A stretch of DNA of 64,000 nt, taken from assembly GCA_973895155.1 (NCBI GenBank), contig OZ316892.1, positions 7,113,251 to 7,177,250 on the forward strand. Direction: 5' to 3'. The translations under genes and the position numbers were made by a program. Source of the DNA: Marsupella aquatica. Its lineage: Eukaryota; Plantae; Marchantiophyta. The notes beneath the pieces are model-generated. The model worked only from the letters and a program-made list of their open reading frames with translations. It was not told the DNA's origin and did no database searches. Of the stretch, positions 26,277-38,013 are shown one piece after another. How positions within the stretch are numbered: position 1 is the first letter of the stretch; each line of letters begins with the position of its first letter.

Positions 26277-26486
26277 AAGAAACTGACTGGCGGCAGCCGG
26301 GAAGCTTCTTTGAATATTGCGGACTCAGGGTTACAGCCTATAACCCCAGCCCTGCCTTGCATTAGCCTACATAACTCCTGCAAGAAACTGACTGGCGGCA
26401 GCCGGGAAGCTTCTTTGAATATTGCGGACTCAGGGTTACAGCCTATAACCCCAGCCCTGCCTTGCATTAGCCTACATAACTCCTGC
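26277..26486. repeat. Perfect 105-bp tandem duplication
   Basis: AAGAAACTGACTGGCGGCAGCC...ATAACTCCTGC starts at 26277 and 26382. Confidence 0.95.
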
Positions 26487-26724
26487 CCGGAAAGAGGTTA
26501 CCGGCTCAACTTTTCAGGACACCAGATTATGACTATAGCAGGCCCCTGTCTTCTCCTGACAGGATTTACAGCGTCTCAAGTATGTCAATTTCTCAGCTTT
26601 GACAGTGCCCAAGACTATTGCAGGTCGGGGCAACAGTCATGACCGGTTGGGAATTGAATCTCAGGCCTGACCAGTCAAACCTAGAACCGTAAGAGGTCCA
26701 AGGTCCCGCATTTCGAAGGAAACC

Positions 26725-27000
26725 CAATCCCATACCCTCAAAGGTACAATAAGGCGATAATTTATCCCAATCCCATACCCTCAACAAGGTACAATAGGGT
26801 GATAATTTATCTGGTACTGAACTATAAGTGGGGCTGTATGCGGCGATAATTTACCCCAATCCAATACCCTCAACAAGGTACAATGGGGCGATAATTTATC
26901 TGGTACTGCACTATAAGTGGGGCTGTATGCGAGATAATTTAACAAGGTAGAATAGGGGATAATTTATCTGGTACTGAACTATAAGTGGGGCTGTATGCGA
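26725..27000. repeat. Modular minisatellite
   Basis: Modules ATACCCTCAACAAGGTACAAT, GATAATTTA and CTGGTACTGAACTATAAGTGGGGCTGTATGCG repeat 3-6 times in varying order. Confidence 0.9.
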
Positions 27001-27455
27001 GAGTATTCCTTCGAGGGATCTCTTATGATTCCAGGCACGATAGGACGGGTCTCACATTCAACACCTGAGCAGTCATGACCGTTGCCTCGACTGGAACTTT
27101 CATGGGTGCGACCAAAGCGCAGAAATGAAATAGATATATTTGAGCCCTACTAGGGCGTCTCAAATGTTGAAAAAAACCCATCTCACGGGAATCTTGCAAT
27201 GCACTCGGGCACACTGAAACTGTGTATAGCCAGGTAGTGATATTTTTGGGTTTTCAGATTTGAGAGGGGTTGTGGCAATGTGTGTGTCAATCCCAAGGTA
27301 AATCAACAACCAACACACTCAAATTGGGTATTCTCCTTATAGGAGTCAGCCCTCAGACACTAATCTTGGATGTGACTAGTGGGGCCTCACATTAGGTGCC
27401 CGGCCAGTAGTTTCTGCTGCCCCCGAGTGACACCACTCCTAGACAAGCTGACCTA

Positions 27456-27860
27456 CAAAATTTATTTTATTTGATTAATTGTATTTAAAACTCAGCAAAA
27501 ATTATTTTATTTGATTAATTGTATTTAAAACTCAGCAAAACTCATTATATTTGATCAATTGTATTTTGAAACGCCGTACTAGATTCACTCACCTAGGACA
27601 GAACTGTCTCATCCGGTTCACTTTCCTTTCGAAATCTTCTCGCGGGCAGCTCTGCACTGCAAGAAGATCTAGTATCCAGCAACTCAACGGACGGTCCGAT
27701 CTGAATACTAGATTTATACATCTACGACAGAACTAGATAACTATGACGGCAGGTTCGCGTATGGTACTAGCACCGTCCGATCTGAATACTAGATTTATAC
27801 ATCTACGACAGAAATGGATAGCTATGACGGCAGGTTCGCGTACGGGACCAGCACCGTCGA
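27456..27860. repeat. ~41-bp AT-rich and 81-bp tandem repeats
   Basis: TTATTTTATTTGATTAATTGTATTTAAAACTCAGCAAAA occurs ~2.5 times; GTCCGATCTGAATACTAGATTTATACATCTACGACAGAA starts at 27694 and 27775. Confidence 0.9.
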
Positions 27861-28659
27861 TGCTAGACAGCCCCACCGTAGATGCAAGCAGATCCTCGAC
27901 TCGTGGGCGCGGCGTGGGTCCCTCTCTTCTCCCATCCTTTCTTTCGCCTATATCCGAATCCCCGCACTTTAATTTCCCCTTGCTTTATCGCTACGCGACT
28001 ACCTGGGTGGGGGTGCCCGACCCAGACGGTGCTCTCCCTATCATTGTGCGGGGCCCCCCTCTTGAGTGCTTGAGTACAGGATTTGCATTCTCCCTCCGCC
28101 CTATAATAATAACTGCAATAGTGTAGGGACTACCCGGACATCAAGTGTTTGCCCTGGCAGCCCTGCAATAGGGTAGCGATCATTGGGATATAAAGTCTTA
28201 TTTAAAGAAAGGAAATAATTATTACAAATTTACCTTCTCAAAGTTCGTGCGGAATCTAAATAATTATTAAAAATTTAAACACTAGTGATAATCCTGGATG
28301 GTCTCCAGGTTTGCCACATTTCTCACTAAGGCGCAAAACCTGGATTTGGCGAAATACCTTTTGATTACATTGCCAATAACGATGCTCAAATTGATAGTAA
28401 TGACATGGTTTTTTTCAGTATTTACAAATATGGTATAATTTTATATAAAGATGCTCAAATTGATAGTAATGCCATGGGTTTTTTTTCTCTTTCTAAATTT
28501 ACAACTATGGTATAATTTGTATAAAGATGACAAATTCAACAACCTAGCCAAGGCGAGAATATATGAAAACCATGATTTGCAACCCATACTCTAGCTCATA
28601 GAGTTTAGATATTTTTGTGAAACTAGAGTAAAAATTTCCCATGCATATTCACAAACTGA

Positions 28660-28844
28660 TCTGTCAGGGTTTTACAAGCCACTCTTTCACAAGAGGAGGA
28701 GGCTTAGCAGCTCCATATCCTGGGATTCTATTCTACCATTTTGCACTAGAGATCATTGGAGTTCTTTACCCTAGCTTTGACTGGTTTCTACGGGCTTGTG
28801 CATTCCTTTGTATGGAGCGGAGGCCATATTCCCCTGTTAGTACT
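28660..28844 (+). mobile_element. Old CRE-element C-terminal remnant, left half (split by copia)
   Basis: FYHFALEIIGVLYPSFDWFLRAC resembles FLPLALELFGRLHPLFDGLLRQA of the CRE at 8.7-12.5 kb. Confidence 0.6.
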
Positions 28845-29176
28845 TGTTAAGGATTGCTCTTAGTCTTGTAACTCATAGGTTACGGTACTTAGGCTAACCA
28901 CAGTTAGGATCTTAGCTGAGGTTAGGTTAGTCGTGTGTGACCTTGTATATACCAGGGCTAGTGTAAGCCACTGGTGTGTGGTGCTTACTGATTGTAATAG
29001 AGCAACTTGAGGAAGAGGGAGAGGATGTGTGTTCGTCTACTCTTGAAGTAAAGCTTGAGTGTTTGTGTGGACGTAGCCTTGGAGAAGAGGTGAACCACGT
29101 AGAGATTATGTCGACTGCGTGTGCATGGAATGAGTCATGGTTGTATGGTCATTGCGAATGACGTCTTAGTTCAACA
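28845..29176 (+). repeat. 5' LTR of copia element
   Basis: Direct repeat of 35210-35541. Confidence 0.97.
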
Positions 29177-30874
29177 ATTGGTATCAGAGCAAGCCTGGGA
29201 GGTGACGTTGAGGTGATCAAAATTTTCGTGACGTGTTGGTGACGGTTTTTCCAGCGGTTAGAGTTGGTGGATTTCACGGAGATCTATCGCATGGAACTTG
29301 GAGGTGTTGGGCTCAACGGATAGATCGGGGCAAGGGCTTTTCGACGGTGCAAAGAAATCTCTCAACGGAGTTCGTGGTGCAAAAGAATTCACGTTTCTGT
29401 CGTTCTGGATTTTTTGTGATTCGTGTTCGACGGTTTTCTTCGACGGTTCTTTTTGGGGGGAACTGAGATCGTTTTCCCGACGGTGTGAGCTTTGTGGTGC
29501 GCGAGGCGTCACAACCTTTAGCTCAAATCGTAGATCGGGCAAAGCTGATCATTTCGGTAGCTGGTTTGCTATCGAGGGTGTAGTGAGTGCGATGTACCAA
29601 GCAAAAGAGCCGTTCTGAGTTTCTGACTGGCTATGGAGTCTTCTTTTGACTGAAGCGGGGTTTCTTGTCGTTGCGTTCGACTCAAAGGAAGAAACGGGAA
29701 GTGCAACGGCTCAACGGAGAGATCGCGGTGCAGTGGTCGTTTTGAGTCCAAGATTGACACTTGACGCGGAGTGAAGGAGTCGTGACGGGAATTTTTTACT
29801 CTGCTAGAGTTGCAAACAGTGCCGGTGCAATTCGGTAACATTTCCCGTCGACAACTAGTCTTTATCTGGTGTAAAGTGATAACGGCAGTGTGAGTAACCC
29901 AACAATTTTTATTTTTTATTTTTTGTGAACATTTTGCCTTAGAATAGGGCCTTTTTGGTGGTGTGTATACACACCCTCCCGACCCTTGCACCCCTGTCAA
30001 TACCCCGTTGGCGACCCCCTCCTCCTCCTCGCTAATACTCCCATCGCGGACGTCCAAGACGTCCCGGCCGTCCCAGACGTCACGGCCGGCGCGGACGTCG
30101 CAGCCGGCACAGACGTCCCAGACGTCCCGACCGTCCTGGACGTCCTGGCCGTCGCAGCTCCATCCCTGCCCATTTTGACTCAGTTTTTGACTCCCCGGCC
30201 CCCTGTGCATTGCCTGGCCCGTCACGCGTATAGGCGACGTGGATGCGCCTTTTTTAAGACAGTATTTTTGTGTTAAGGGGCTTAAACCCCCTTAGGCCCG
30301 GTTTTTTAATCCTTTCCAGGCTCCTCATTGGTTAAGCGGCATCCCGGGCCCGGTGACCCACCAAATTAATCGCTTGGACAGGGGGAACGGCCCCCTGTGA
30401 GACCTGTTGCATAGTCCAAGGAATATTCCAAAAAAATAGAGAGCTGTTTTTCGGCCTTTAGTCGAAGATTCCAAGGTCCGAACGGTAACTTTTTCGGATC
30501 TTTTTTGGTGAGAACGTAGCCACTGAAGCTAGCAACGCGGTGCACCACTCGATTTCCATTTCCGATGACGGGTGGTACTTGGATATTTTCTTATTCCCCG
30601 AGGTGGTCAAAACGGGAGAGAATTTTTGAGTTTTACCCACCCCGACCGAAATGTGAAAAAGTTTTTCGTCGGAACTCGGTTTCGATTTCGGATTTCAGCG
30701 TTGGCTTGCTAGGTTGGTGGGCTAAGTGGCGGTGACAAGTTTCAAGTTTTTTGGAAAGTTGCGAAAAACGATATTTTTTCGTGATTTGGATTTGAGTCAA
30801 CGCGAAGGAAGGAAGGAAAAAGCATATAGGGAGCAGCACAGCAATAGCACGTGGAGAACGTTGGGAGGACAACG

Positions 30875-33800
30875 ATGGCATCCAAGTTTGGAGGTGTCAA
30901 GTTTGAGGTGGAAAAATATGATGGGCGCATAGATTATTTGCTATGGGAGAAGCAGGTTAAGGGAATTCTTCGTGCTATGGGCCTAGATCATCTGCTATCG
31001 ACTCGGGAGGAGTCTAGCAGTGAGGAGGAGATCCCGTTGAGGAAATGGAGGCAAGAGCAAGTGATTGCTGTGAATGCGGTTATGCTGTATCTGAAGCCGC
31101 ATATCATTAAGAAGCTGGACGACTACGAGGATTGCGTATCCTTATTCAAGGCCCTCAGAGAGAAGTACTACCGAGAGGATGCCTCAGATCGGTTGTACAA
31201 GAAGTCTCTCTTGATGAGCTTGAGACTAAAAGAAGGAGGCAAACTTCGAGATCACTTGGATGAATTCGACAGCCTAGCTGTAGATTTGTCAAATCTTGGC
31301 AAGGGAGTGGAAGATGAAGATAAGACATTGCTTCTTCTCAGTTCCTTACCCCCATCGTATCAAGGTTTGAAGCAGGTTCTCTTGTATAGAGATCTCAAAA
31401 CCATTTCATATGATGAGGTGGTAAGCTCTTTGTTGTCAGATGATGCACAGAAGAAACTGGGTCATGCCCAGACACCATCTTCATCTGGCAGTGCATTGAA
31501 TGTGAACCGCGGGAGGACTCAACAACGGATGACTGGTGAAAACAGATCCTTTTCACAAACGTACCCCTCACGGAATAGAGGCAAGGAGAAGGCTCGGTCT
31601 AAGTCTAGATCCAGGTCTAGAGAGAAATCTCTAGAAAGGAAACCAATTATATGCTAGAAATGTAATAAGCCTAGCCACATGAAACGAGACTGTCGAGTCA
31701 AACAGACTCATCAACCATCAGCGAACGCAGCCACTGATGTTGATATGATCGACTTGCTCGATGATGAAATCTTGTGACGACAAGATGTTGCCCTTTGCAG
31801 TTCATCCAGAAATAGTGGTGATGAATGGATTTTGGATTGTGCCTGTACATATCATATAACGTATAAATCAGAGTTTTTCAGTTCTTACTTGGTATCAAAC
31901 GGTTCAGTGTTGATGGGGAATGATCATCATTGTCAAATTATTGGAATTGGATCCGTGAAAATTCGGATGTTTGATGGAGCTGTGCGAACAGTGAGTAATG
32001 TCAGACACATACCTGACATGAAAAAGAACTTGATTTCTCTTGGAATGCTGGAAGCAAATGGATGTCGGTGGAGTTCTGCTGATGGTATTCTTCAAGTGTC
32101 AACCGGAGGTAAGGTTGTCATGAATGGTAAGCGGCACAGGAATCTATACCTGTTGGAGGGCAACGTGATTTGTGAAGAAGCCAATGTAACTAGATCTCAA
32201 TGCGAGATGACTCAGTTATGGCACTGCAGAATGGGACACATGAGTGAAAAGGGTTTGGCGGTACTTCGCAGGAAAGGACTTCTTTCTAATTTGGAATCTA
32301 CTAAGCTAGATTTTTGTGAACACTGTGTGCTTGGGAAGCAGCACATGAGAACCTTTGGTGTTGGAACTCACAATACCAAAGCTATTCTTGAGTATGTACA
32401 TAGTGATGTGTGGGGTCCAGCCCCAACTCCCTCACTTTCTGGAAAATTGTACTATGTCACGTTCATTGATGATTACTCACGGTATGTGTGGATCACATTT
32501 CTACATGCCAAGTCTGAAGTTTTTGGCACTTTTAAGAAGTGGAAAGCCCAAATTGAAAATCAAACTGGATCCAAGGTGAGATATCTGCGATCAGATAACG
32601 GGGGGGAGTACAGTTCAAGTGAATTTGAACTATATTGTGCAGAGCAAGGGATTACTCGTCATCTCACGACAGTTTATACTCCTCAACAGAATGGTGTTTG
32701 TGAGCGGCTAAACCGAACACTATTGGAGTGATCGAGGAGTATGTTGAGCCAATCTGGTTTACCGCATGAATTTTGGGCTGAAGCTATAAATACGGCAGCT
32801 TATTTGATAAATCTTTCTCCTTCAAGTGCAATCAATTTCAAGACGTCGTTTGAAATGAGGTATGGACGTCACGCAGATTATCAGATTTTGAGAGTCTTTA
32901 AAAGTGATGCATATGCTCTCACACCTAAGCAGAATCGATCTAAACTAGATTCTACTTCCAAGAAGTGTCTTTTTCTTGGTTATCAACCAGGTGTGAAAGG
33001 TTACAGGCTTTGGGATCCAGAAGCTTGTACGTTGCTTGTCAGTAGAGATGTATCCTTTAATGAATCCAGATCATCCAAGGAGGGGGAGAATGCTCAGGCT
33101 TCCCGTACTGACAAAGGTAAATCTCCTATCCTGGACCATGTTGTGGGGGAGAATGGTCATGAGAGTTTTCATGACATAAATGAAGGAGGTGCTCCGAGAA
33201 TGGAGCTGGTTCTGGTATTGGAACAAGAGGAGCAAGTTGTTGTTGGAATACCTCAAATTCAACCAACAGAACAAGATCAACCAGAATCATCAGCTAGAAA
33301 ATCAAGACGTACTACTCGAGCTCCTACAAGGTATGGACAATGGACAGATTCATCAAGGTTAGATGATGTTGACATTGCACCTGAAGATGATGACAGAGCA
33401 CTGATCTTGGAAGAAGGAGAACCTTCTTCTTATCATGAGGCGTGCATTTCAGACGAGAAAGATGAATGGAATGCAACGATGCAGAGGGAGTTGCAATCTT
33501 TAAGTGACAACAGAACATGGGAGCTGGTGCAACTGCCAAGTGATCAACAAGTGGTGGATAGCAAGTGGATTTACAAGCTGAAGGACAACTCTTCAGATGG
33601 AGGAGACAAGATATACAAGGCAAGGCTTGTTGCCAAGGGATTCACTCAAGAGAAGGGAGTGGATTACAATGAGGTCTTCTCTCCAGTTGCCAAGTATTCC
33701 ACGATATGAATTTTGTGTCAACTTGTTGTGTTTTTTGATCTGGTGTTAGATCAAATGGATGTTGTTACTGCTTTTCTCTATGGCACCTTGGAAGAACAAA

Positions 33801-35005
33801 TTTTCATGAAGCAACCACTGGGCTTTGTGAAGAAGGGCCAAGAGAGTTTAGTTTGCAGGTTGCTTAAGTCCTTGTATGGATTGAAGCAAGCTCCTCGACA
33901 GTGAAACAAGCGGTTTGATGATTTCATGCTTGCACAAGGATTCACTAGGATGGTGTATGACCCTTGTGTGTATACAAAATCAGTCAAAAATGGTGTGTTT
34001 GGTTTGCTCATTCTGGTGCTCTATGTGGATGACATGTTGATTGCGGCTAAGGATCAAACTGAGGTTGACAAACTCAAAGCAAAATTGAGTTCTGAATTCC
34101 GAATGAAGGATCTTGGGAAAGCCAAGAGGATCTTAGGTATGGAGATTACGAGGAACTTTGAAACTGGACAATTGTGGCTGAATCAAGGCAAGTATGCTGA
34201 AAAGGTACTTGCAAGATTCAACATGGAAAATTGTAAGCTAGTAAGTATTCATTTGGCTCCACATTTCAAGTTATCATCGGCTTTCTGCCCCACGGATCCA
34301 GTGGAGAGAGGCTTGATGACTAAGGTTCCATATGAGAAGGCAGTGGGCAGTCTAATGTATTTGATGACATGTACCAGGCCTGATCTAGCCCTAGCAATGG
34401 GCAAAGTGAGTAGATTCATGTCAAATCCAGGGAAGGTACATTGGGAGGCTGTGAAATGGATTCTCAGGTATCTTAAGGGCACAATAGACTATGGTCTGTT
34501 GTTTGATAGTAGATCAAACAAAACCAAATCTTTGGTTGGCTATGTAGATTCTGACTACGGAGGCTGTCTGGAAACAAGGAGGTCAACGACTGGGTATGTG
34601 TTTACTTTTGGAAGAGGATGCATAAGTTGGAGATCTACCTTGCAGAAGTGTGTATCTCAGTCTACTACAGCAGCAGAATATGTTGCAGTAGCAGAAGCAG
34701 CAAAGGAAGCAATTTGGTTGGATAAGCTGGTCACTGAGATGGGATTGGAGCATGGAAAAATGACTCTTCATTGTGACAGCCAAAGTGCGCTTCACTTAGC
34801 TATTAACCAGGTTATGGATAGCAGGGTGAAACACATTGACATCAGGTACCATTTTATTAGGCAAGCAGTGTCTGATAAAATATTTGAGCTAGTCAAGATT
34901 GATGGAAAGCTCAACCCGGCTGATACTTTTACCAAAGTGATTCCTTTGGAGAGTTACTCAAGACACCGTGCTACTTTGCAAGTTTTGCATTTGCAGCACA
35001 AGTAG
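30875..35005 (+). pseudogene. copia gag-pol polyprotein (gag, Zn knuckle, PR, IN, RT, RNase H) with in-frame stops
   Basis: One reading frame: KFEVEKYDG, LLLSSLPPSY, C*KCNKPSHMKRDC, WILD, LWHCRMGH..CEHC, VHSDVWGP, LRSDNGGEY, KARLVAKGF, LYVDDMLI, GYVDSDY, HCDSQSA, KHIDIRYHFIR. Stops at 31655, 31775, 32729, 33707 and 33902. Confidence 0.95.
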
Positions 35006-35209
35006 AGTAACTTAACAATATGTAATTTCTGTATATGGGTTACTCAATCTTGTTATGGCTACGGCTTAATTCTAGTTAACCCTTAGTTAACCTTAAATGG
35101 TTTTTAGGGGGACACCTATGGTTTTAGGTGATTGTCTAGAATTTCCCGCTGAGTATCTCATATGGATAGCAGAAATTGCAGTCCCCAAGACTAGAGTCAA
35201 GGGGGAGTT

Positions 35210-35541
35210 TGTTAAGGATTGCTCTTAGTCTTGTGACTCATAGATTACGGCACTTAGGCTAACCACAGTTAGGATCTTAGCTGAGGTTAGGTTAGTCGTG
35301 TGTGACCTTGTATATACCAAGGCTAGTGTAAGCCGCTGGTGTGTGGTGCTTACTGATTGTAATAGAGCAACTTGAGGAAGAGGGAGAGGATGTGTGTTCG
35401 TCTACTCTTGAAGTAAAGCTTGAGTGTTTGTGTGGACGTAGCCTTGGAGAAGAGGTGAACCACGTAGAGATTGTGTCGACTGCGTGTGCATGGAATGAGT
35501 CATGGTTGTATGGTCGTTGCGAATGATGTCTTAGTTCAACA
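35210..35541 (+). repeat. 3' LTR of copia element
   Basis: Direct repeat of 28845-29176. Confidence 0.97.
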
Positions 35542-35546
35542 GTACT

Positions 35547-35700
35547 ACCTTCTTTAGGCAAACTGGTGTCTATGGCATTCCAGAGGGCTCAGGCTTTCAA
35601 TATTCATTGTAGAGCCATGGCTATAGGTTTTAGGGCCTCTAGATAGATTCCTGTTTGGGACCTTCCCAGGCATGGGGCTTACTCTTAAGCCCTATTGGGA
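35547..35700 (+). mobile_element. Old CRE-element C-terminal remnant, right half
   Basis: FFRQ...VSMAFQRAQAFNIHCRAMAIG resembles HFRQRISVTV...AQARAIYRRSLTVG and continues the remnant left of the copia TSD. Confidence 0.6.
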
Positions 35701-36759
35701 TTTTTAGTTTTCTGCCAAGTAAAGTAGGTATCTCGATAACTAATTGGGATGAGAAACTAGAGTTGGGGTCTAGGCTTCTTGAGCAAAGCCTCTAGACCCA
35801 GGTCCCCACCAAAGCTTATGTGGATGGGAAAAAGGAGGAGATATAATGTATGTCACTATGATGATAATACATGATGATTTTTGAAGTTATTTTAACTAAC
35901 ATTCAAAGAATGGGTATTCTGGCTTACAAACCCAAACATGACCAGTTTTGTCACTTTCTAAAAATGTTCAATATTTTGTGTTTTAAGACCATGATTTATA
36001 AAAAGAAGAGTAAACAGAAAACAATGAAGTGAAAGCAAAGGAAGAGGCAAATGTAATCTCAAAACCAAAAACCAAAGGGGAAAAGAGCTATGATGAACAA
36101 ATATTGGAAAGCTAAGAGGAGCTAGTCTTTCATGCAGTCTCCCCTCAAGAGCCTGTCCTCATTGGGACACTTGAGGAGGCAAGGGTTGGGAAGTTTATTG
36201 CAATGCAAAAATAGTTTCTTCACCTTGGCTTCCCGCTTATTGCCCTGTAGAATAGAGTAGCAGGAAAAGACAAAGAGGGACATGAGAGTGCGTGTGGGGG
36301 TTACCAGTAGATTATGTGGAGTTTTGAAAAGAACTTTATTCCGGTTCCCGTTCAAACCTCCACAAAAATAGACAATTCCGGTTCTATTTTTGGAAGACTT
36401 TACACGTGACAAATAGGGTCCTATTTTTTAAAGACTTTACACATGCAAGACAACCTTAGTGTAGAGGTGTTAATTCTGTACTGTAGTTACGATTGTTCTT
36501 GTACCACGTACCGCCTAAAACTGCGCGTGCAAATCGTAATAATGAGAGTAGAATTAAACTTTATTGGATTTTACTTTTCATATAAGTAAAGTGGTCCTTT
36601 CAAGGAAAAAAACGAGAGAGGAGAATTGAATAATGGCAAGGATGCCTGAGATTGGTGACCTTTAGCCGTCCGATCTATTGCACCGATTTTCCGATTTGAC
36701 TAGATAAGTGACACGTGCACCTCTCTCCCAATGTGGACAATGACCACGGCCCACAGCAA

Positions 36760-37480
36760 ACAGTCGAGTGCATTCTTTGTGGGTGCCTTGAATTCGTTTG
36801 TATCCCATTTCGTTTTTTGTTTCAGCTTCTCGTTCTGTCTCCGAATCCTTTCAATTCGGGACATCGCTGGAGGTTTGAACTTGTCGTCAGATTGCAATAG
36901 CGGTTGTCAATGTGTGCGCTGAAAGCCGTTTTTTTTTAACCCCATTTAGCTTTTGTTCCACATCGTTCTCTTATGCTCGTCACCGAGTCATTTGATTTCA
37001 GGTCATCGCTGGATTTTTGAGATTTTTGTCAGATTGCAACAGCGGTTCTTTGTGTGGGTTCTGAAAGAGTTTTCATCCCATTTCGCTTGTGTTTCCACAT
37101 CGTTCTGTTCTGCTCGTCTCCCGAATCATTTGATTTCAGATTATCGCTGGATTTTTGAGATTTTGGTCAGATTGCAACTGCAGTTCTTAATGTGTGCACT
37201 GAAAGTGTTTTTATCCTATTTCGCTGTTGTTTCCACATCGTTCTGTTCTGCTCGTCTCCGAATCAATTCATTTCGGATGACGGCTGGATTCTTCCGTTCT
37301 GGTAGTCTCAGCATCATTTCATTGGAGCAGCGGTTCTTTGTGTGTTCTGTTGAAGTAGTTTTTATTCCTTTTCGCTTTTGTTTCCGCATCGTTCTGTTCT
37401 GCTGGTCTCCGAATCATCTCAATTCGGCTCATCGCTGGAATTTTGAAATCGTCGTCAGGTTGCAACAGCGGCTGGAAAGC
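36760..37480. repeat. Tandem repeat, ~140-bp unit, ~5 copies
   Basis: Anchor CATCGCTGGA...TCAGATTGCAA.AGCGG recurs at about 36862, 37004, 37142, 37279 and 37430. Confidence 0.9.
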
Positions 37481-37589
37481 TGGAAGTGCTGATACGGTCC
37501 TGTCAGGAAGCTTCCGGATGTAATTAATACCTCACAGTGGTCTCATTCTTCATTCTGTTGCATTCTGGGCCCCATGCTCGCCGTCAGAC

Positions 37590-38013
37590 ATGCTGATGAA
37601 GATGGCTGAAATTGAGCTTTGCTTCCCCGATGAGATGCAACAGAAGGTAGATGGTTCAAATTGTCTCTAGTACTTTTACTCCTTTGGAACGATAATGATT
37701 GAATGCTTTGCAGGTGCGTCAAGCATAAGAATGAATGCAGGATATATACTCTTCAAATTATTGCAATAAACTGCTTTCCAGGACTTGCGCTAGATCCGCA
37801 GTATGGTTCTGCTGAGGTTGATTGAACTGCAAGACCTGTCCGATCCATTGGGAAAGAGGTATGTGGATGTAGCATTTAGGGACAGGAGAGAAAGCAGTGA
37901 ATGATCTCGTGTATGTCTTCTGGATTTTCAGGGAGGCAATGCTTTCTGGTGCACCAGAGCTGGAAGGACCTTATTTGAAAATGCCAAGAATTTTGAAGGA
38001 AAATACGGAGTAG
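37590..38013 (+). pseudogene. GatC-like (Glu-tRNA(Gln) amidotransferase subunit C) C-terminal remnant
   Basis: A GT-AG intron (37859-37931) joins ELQDLSDPLGKR to EAMLSGAPELEGPYLKMPRILKENTE*, similar to the plant GatC end (ENREA...P..E.PYIKVP.VL). Upstream pieces are disrupted by stops. Confidence 0.5.

Larger units (their letters stand above)
28845..35541 (+). mobile_element. Full-length Ty1/copia LTR retrotransposon
   Basis: LTRs at 28845-29176 and 35210-35541 (332 bp, TG...CA, 8 mismatches by my count). TSD GTACT at 28840-28844 and 35542-35546, PBS TGGTATCAGAGC (tRNA-iMet) at 29179-29190, PPT AAGGGGGAG at 35199-35207. Confidence 0.98.

Noticed and set aside
26725-27000. Repeat-spacer look suggesting a CRISPR array
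   Set aside because: The intervening segments are themselves repeated, the context is eukaryotic, and there are no cas genes.
27990-28130. CTACCTGG as possible U1 snRNA 5' end
   Set aside because: No U1 loop motifs or Sm site follow.
29569-30276. Repetitive ORFs in the copia leader as an extra or antisense gene
   Set aside because: Openness is explained by GC-rich 9/18-bp repeats; no domain is evident.
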